Source: an uncultured Candidatus Rokubacteria bacterium
GTDB taxonomy: Bacteria; Methylomirabilota; Methylomirabilia; Rokubacteriales; CSP1-6
Assembly: GCA_963771355.1 (NCBI GenBank)
Contig: CAVYTA010000005.1
Coordinates: 192,001 to 256,000, forward strand
Length of the DNA stretch: 64,000 bases
Direction of reading: 5' to 3'
Both the position numbers and the translations under genes were made by a program. The number at the start of each line of letters is the position of its first letter. Positions within the stretch are counted from its first letter, which is position 1. Under the pieces are notes generated by a model. The model searched no databases, was not told the DNA's origin, and saw only the letters and a list, made by a program, of their open reading frames with translations. This document shows positions 60,138-64,000 of this stretch, in pieces.

Positions 60138-60943
60138 CGGGGCCGGAGCACCTGGAGCGCCACCGCTCCCGCCGTCGCGACATTGAGCGAGTCCATGGCC
60201 GGCGTCATGGGAATGCGGACGTGGAGATCGGCGGCGGCGAGGGCCTCCGGACTGAGTCCGCGGCCCTCGGTACCCAGCAGCAGCGCGAGCCGCGCGGGCA
60301 GGGGCCGGTCGCGGCCCAGCGCATCGATGGCCACCGCGTCCTCCCGCGGCGTCAGCGCGACGAGCGTGTAGCCGGCGTCGCGCACGCGCTTGAGATCGCG
60401 CGGCCAGTCGAGCAGCCGCGCGAAGGGCAGGGCCACCGTCGCCCCCGCCGACACGCGGACGGCCTTCCGGTACAGCGGGTCGGCGGTGCCGGGCGAGAGC
60501 AGGATCGCGCCCGCGCCGAGCGCCAGCGCGTTCCGGAAGATCGCGCCCACATTGCTCGCGTCGCCCAGGTCCTCGAGCACCACCACCCGGTCGGTTCGCG
60601 CCTCGGCGAACACGGCATCGGCCGAGGGCTCGAGGCCGCGCTCGCCCACGGCCAGGCAGCCGTGGTGGAACTCGAGGCCCACGATGGCCTGCACGATCTC
60701 GAGCCGCACGAGGAAGGTCCGCACGCCGGCAGCGTCCAGCGCCGGCCCGAGCGCCTCGAGCGCCGGCGGCGTCACCAGCGCGGAGCGCGCGCGATAGCGT
60801 CCCGCGTCGAGGAGGCGGCGCACCACCTGGCGGCCCTCGGCGATGAAGGTGCCGGTGCGCAGGCGCCGCTGCGCGTCGCGGATATCGCGATAGTCGGCGA
60901 GGCGCGGGTCTTCCGGATCTTCGACGGGCTCGACGGGTGGCAT
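60134..60943 (-). CDS. TrmH/SpoU-family RNA methyltransferase
   Basis: NVGAIFRNA, LGTEGRGL, IPM...DSLNVATA. Confidence 0.92.
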   Translation of the reverse strand: MPPVEPVEDPEDPRLADYRDIRDAQRRLRTGTFIAEGRQVVRRLLDAGRYRARSALVTPPALEALGPALDAAGVRTFLVRLEIVQAIVGLEFHHGCLAVGERGLEPSADAVFAEARTDRVVVLEDLGDASNVGAIFRNALALGAGAILLSPGTADPLYRKAVRVSAGATVALPFARLLDWPRDLKRVRDAGYTLVALTPREDAVAIDALGRDRPLPARLALLLGTEGRGLSPEALAAADLHVRIPMTPAMDSLNVATAGAVALQVLRPR

Positions 60944-60987
60944 GACGCCTGGACAATCCCTCCGCGGGCCCCTAGTATGCACACCTG

Positions 60988-61248
60988 ATGGCCGACCGTG
61001 AAGCCGCCGGGGCCCCGCCCCCGGCCGCATCCCCTGACCCCGCCGCCGCCGAGGCGGCCGCGCTCTTCGCGCTGGTGAGCGCGCGCTACGGCAGCCGGCT
61101 CGACGCCCGGCAGCTCGACGGTGTGCGCAAGGCGATCGAGGGCATCGTGGAGCAGGCGCGCGCGGTGCGGGCGGTGCGGCTCGGCAATGCCGACGAGCCC
61201 TATCAGACGTTCCGGCCCTATCGTGCCGACGAGGCGCCGCGGCCATGA
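60988..61248 (+). CDS. Small GatC/AtzG-like partner protein of the amidase
   Basis: 86 aa, helical, ends RL.NADEP...F; ATGA overlap with the amidase. Confidence 0.6.
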   Translation: MADREAAGAPPPAASPDPAAAEAAALFALVSARYGSRLDARQLDGVRKAIEGIVEQARAVRAVRLGNADEPYQTFRPYRADEAPRP

Positions 61249-62645
61249 GCCTCGACCCGGTCTTCATGCCGGTGCGCGAGCTGGCGGACCACGTGCGCGC
61301 CCGGCGCGTCTCGCCGGTGGCGCTCGCGGAGACCTTCCTCGACCGGCTGGAGAAGATCGGCCCGCGCTACAACGCCGTCGTCACCGTGACGCGCGACCGC
61401 GCCATGGCGGAGGCGCGGCGGGCGGAGGGCGAGATCGCCGCCGGCCGCTACCGTGGCCCGCTGCACGGCATCCCCTATGGCGCCAAGGACCTTCTCGCCA
61501 CCGGCGGCGGCATCCCGACCACCTGGGGCGCGGCGCCGTTCCGCGAGCAGCGTTTCGCGGAAGACGCCACCGTGATCCAGCGGCTCGAGGCCGCCGGCGC
61601 CGTGCTCTGCGCCAAGCTCGCCATGATCGAGCTGGCGGGCGGCATGGGCTATCGCCAGCCCGTCGCCTCCTTCACCGGGCCCTGCCTCACGCCGTGGAAT
61701 CGGGAGGCGTGGAGTGGAGGCTCATCCTCGGGCTCGGGGGCGGCCGTCTCCGCGGGGCTGGTCCCGTTCGCCATCGGATCGGAGACCTGGGGGTCCATTC
61801 TCTCGCCCGGCGGCAATTGCGGCGTGGCGGGTCTGCGGCCGTCCTATGGCCGCGTGAGCCGGCACGGGGCGATGGCGCTGTGCTGGACGCTGGACAAGCT
61901 GGGCCCGCTGGCCCTGACCGCCGACGACTGCGGCCTCGTGCTGGAGGCCATCGCGGGCGCCGACGCGGCGGACCCCACCACGAGCCCGCGGAGCTTTCGA
62001 TACGAGTCGACGCCGGGCGTGCGGCGGTTCCGCTTCGGCGTGCTGGCAGGCGCGCTCGACGGCGTGAGCGACGACATGCGCACGGCGTACGACCGCTCGC
62101 TGGACGTCCTGCGGGACTTCGGCACCATCGAGGACGCGGCGCTGCCGGATCTTCCCTGGGAGGCGGCCACGCGCATCATCCTCCAGGCGGAGGCGGCGAG
62201 CGCCTTCGAGGACCTCATCGAGAGCGGCGGCATCGCCGGCCTCACCGCACCCGAGGACCACTTCCTGCCGTACGCGCGCGACGCGGTGCTGGCCAAGGAC
62301 TACGTGAAGGCCATGCGGATCCGCGGCCTCATGGCCCGCGAGGCGGACCGGCTCTTCGAGCGCTTCGACGTGCTCGTCGCCCCCGGCCGCCTCACCGTGG
62401 CCACCGCGCTCGACCAGGAGTTCCGCGGCGGCATGCGCGGCACCGCGCGCGACGTCATGGGCGCGGTGGGCAATGGCGCGGGACTCCCCGGCCTCATCGT
62501 GCCCAACGGCTTCGGCGACCGTGGGCTACCCACGAGCCTCCAGTTCCTCGGCCGCGCGTGGGAGGAGAACACGCTGCTCACCGCGGGCCGCGAGTATCAG
62601 GCGCGCACGGCCTGGCACACGCAGCATCCCGCCGTGGAGGCCTGA
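61245..62645 (+). CDS. Amidase (GatA/AtzE-like)
   Basis: GPLHGIPYGAKDL, GGSSSGS, GSETWGSI. Confidence 0.92.
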   Translation: MSLDPVFMPVRELADHVRARRVSPVALAETFLDRLEKIGPRYNAVVTVTRDRAMAEARRAEGEIAAGRYRGPLHGIPYGAKDLLATGGGIPTTWGAAPFREQRFAEDATVIQRLEAAGAVLCAKLAMIELAGGMGYRQPVASFTGPCLTPWNREAWSGGSSSGSGAAVSAGLVPFAIGSETWGSILSPGGNCGVAGLRPSYGRVSRHGAMALCWTLDKLGPLALTADDCGLVLEAIAGADAADPTTSPRSFRYESTPGVRRFRFGVLAGALDGVSDDMRTAYDRSLDVLRDFGTIEDAALPDLPWEAATRIILQAEAASAFEDLIESGGIAGLTAPEDHFLPYARDAVLAKDYVKAMRIRGLMAREADRLFERFDVLVAPGRLTVATALDQEFRGGMRGTARDVMGAVGNGAGLPGLIVPNGFGDRGLPTSLQFLGRAWEENTLLTAGREYQARTAWHTQHPAVEA

Positions 62646-62703
62646 CCGCTCTTTCTCAACGAGACGCCGTCCGCGTCCGCGGGCGGCCGACAAGGAGCCC
62701 ATC

Positions 62704-63162
62704 ATGCTGGTCGTGGAGACGCCGCAGGACCTCAGCAAGCACATCGGGGAGACGCTGGGCCCGTCGGCCTGGATCACGGTGGACCAGGCCACGATCGACA
62801 AGTTCGCCGAGGCCACCGGCGACCACCAGTGGATCCACGTGGACGTCGAGCGCGCCAAGCGCGAGCTGCCGGGCGGCAAGACCATCGCCCACGGCTACCT
62901 CACGCTGTCGCTCCTCCCGCGGATGATGCCGGAGCTGCTCAAGGTGACCAAGCGCTCGCGCGGCGTGAACTACGGCTCCAACAAGGTGCGCTTCGTCAGC
63001 CCGGTCCCCGCCGGCGCCCGCGTGCGCCTCCGCTCCACCATCAAGAACGTCGAGCCCGTCGAGGGCAACGGCGTCCGCATCACCTTCGAGGCCGTCATCG
63101 AAGTCGAAGGCCAGCAGCGGCCCGCCATGGTCGCGGAGACGCTCGGCATCCAGTACGCGTAG
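62704..63162 (+). CDS. MaoC-family dehydratase
   Basis: FAEATGDHQWIHVD, TIAHGYLTLSL, NYGSNKVRF. Confidence 0.92.
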   Translation: MLVVETPQDLSKHIGETLGPSAWITVDQATIDKFAEATGDHQWIHVDVERAKRELPGGKTIAHGYLTLSLLPRMMPELLKVTKRSRGVNYGSNKVRFVSPVPAGARVRLRSTIKNVEPVEGNGVRITFEAVIEVEGQQRPAMVAETLGIQYA

Positions 63163-63221
63163 CTCGTACGCGTAGCGCCCGGCTCCATGGATCGGGCGCC
63201 GGGGGGGCGGGCGGGTCCAGT

Positions 63222-63586
63222 CGACCACGGCGTTTGCGTGCGCTTCTACCGCCTGGGACTGGGCTCCACCGACGCGCGGGGTTCGAGTTGGGGTTGGAGG
63301 GGAACGGGTCTCCTGACCCGCCCGCCCCCCCGACACCCGATCCCGCTCCCGGTCCCTATCCATTCAGTACGCACAAGGGTAGGGCGCGGGCGGGCGCTGC
63401 GGATCAGGACGGCAAGGGTAAGGGAGTGGGGGAGGGCGGGTGCTGTGGTTCAGGACGCCCAGGGGAGGGAGTGGGGGCAGGGGGCGGCGGGGTCAGCGAC
63501 CCGTTCCCCTCCGACCGCAACTCGAATCCCGCGCGTCGGTGGAGCCCAGCCGCGGCGGGTAGAAGCGCACGCAAACGCCGTGGTCG
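63222..63586. repeat. Long imperfect inverted repeat (REPIN/MITE-like) with two ~120-bp arms
   Basis: 63222-~63345 is the reverse complement of ~63462-63586; first 29 bp identical, then a further 22-bp identical block. Confidence 0.88.
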
Positions 63587-63642
63587 CGGACCCCGCCGCC
63601 CCCTGCCCCCACTCCCGGGCCGGGTCGGGTCGGGTCGCATAG

Positions 63643-64000
63643 CTACCGCGTGTCGTTCATCCCCAGCGCCCGCTCGATCGCCACCACGTCCGTCGGCCGG
63701 TCGAACGGCGCCGGCGCGGGCTCGCCCGCCGCGCGCGGGCGGCCGATGGAGCGGAAGAACTCCTCGAGGCCGTGGGGGGCCACGATCCACATCATGACGA
63801 GCTCGTCCGCACTCTCGTTGATGATCTCGTGCTTGACGTCCATGCCGAGGAAGCAGGCGGTGCCGGGCACCAGGGGATGGTTCTGCCCGTCCACCACCAC
63901 GCGGCCCTTCCCGCGGAAGCAGATCTGCAGCTCCACCTGATCGCCGTGCGAGTGCTCGCGCACCCGTCCGCCCGGCGCGATGGTCTGGTAGCCCATGGAG
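63643..64000 (-). CDS. Cupin-domain protein (5' truncated by window edge)
   Basis: PGGRVREHSHGDQVELQICFRGKG, VKHEIIN. Confidence 0.85.
   Translation of the reverse strand, partial: SMGYQTIAPGGRVREHSHGDQVELQICFRGKGRVVVDGQNHPLVPGTACFLGMDVKHEIINESADELVMMWIVAPHGLEEFFRSIGRPRAAGEPAPAPFDRPTDVVAIERALGMNDTR

Noticed and set aside
63187..63797. ORFs across the long inverted repeat
   Set aside because: Low-complexity translations mirrored on both strands; no SD or host codon pattern

Overview
Very GC-rich bacterial chromosomal window of about 65 densely packed genes. The many orphan solute-binding proteins, duplicated PanE-like reductases, CaiB, cupins and amidases resemble Ca. Rokubacteria/Methylomirabilota; this taxon is an inference. 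Recognisable genes include glnS, hemH, a ChdC/HemQ-family protein, msrA, mtgA, an HtrA/DegQ protease, an aldehyde:ferredoxin oxidoreductase, FTR1 and VIT1 iron transporters, an AurF-like diiron enzyme and an orphan flavin-dependent halogenase. Five main signals are not captured by the ORF track. (1) A peroxiredoxin has an in-frame UGA at its catalytic position, followed by a SECIS-like hairpin, so it is probably a selenoprotein (46918-47535). (2) A 3.6-kb, partly lower-GC islet with no integrase is bounded by an exact 26-bp direct repeat that contains a promoter -35 box (37966-41588). It carries sigma54-driven csbD-type cargo and an attP-like site: the 3' half of tRNA-fMet with arm-type repeats on both sides. 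(3) Two diverged copies of a ~125-bp palindromic MITE/structured-RNA-like element show compensatory changes, and each supplies a stop codon to a neighbouring gene. (4) A ~365-bp REPIN-like inverted-repeat element lies near the right end. (5) A rutB-liv operon is locally decayed by frameshifts and a deletion (32597-36781). No rRNA, intact tRNA, CRISPR array, transposase or integrase was seen.
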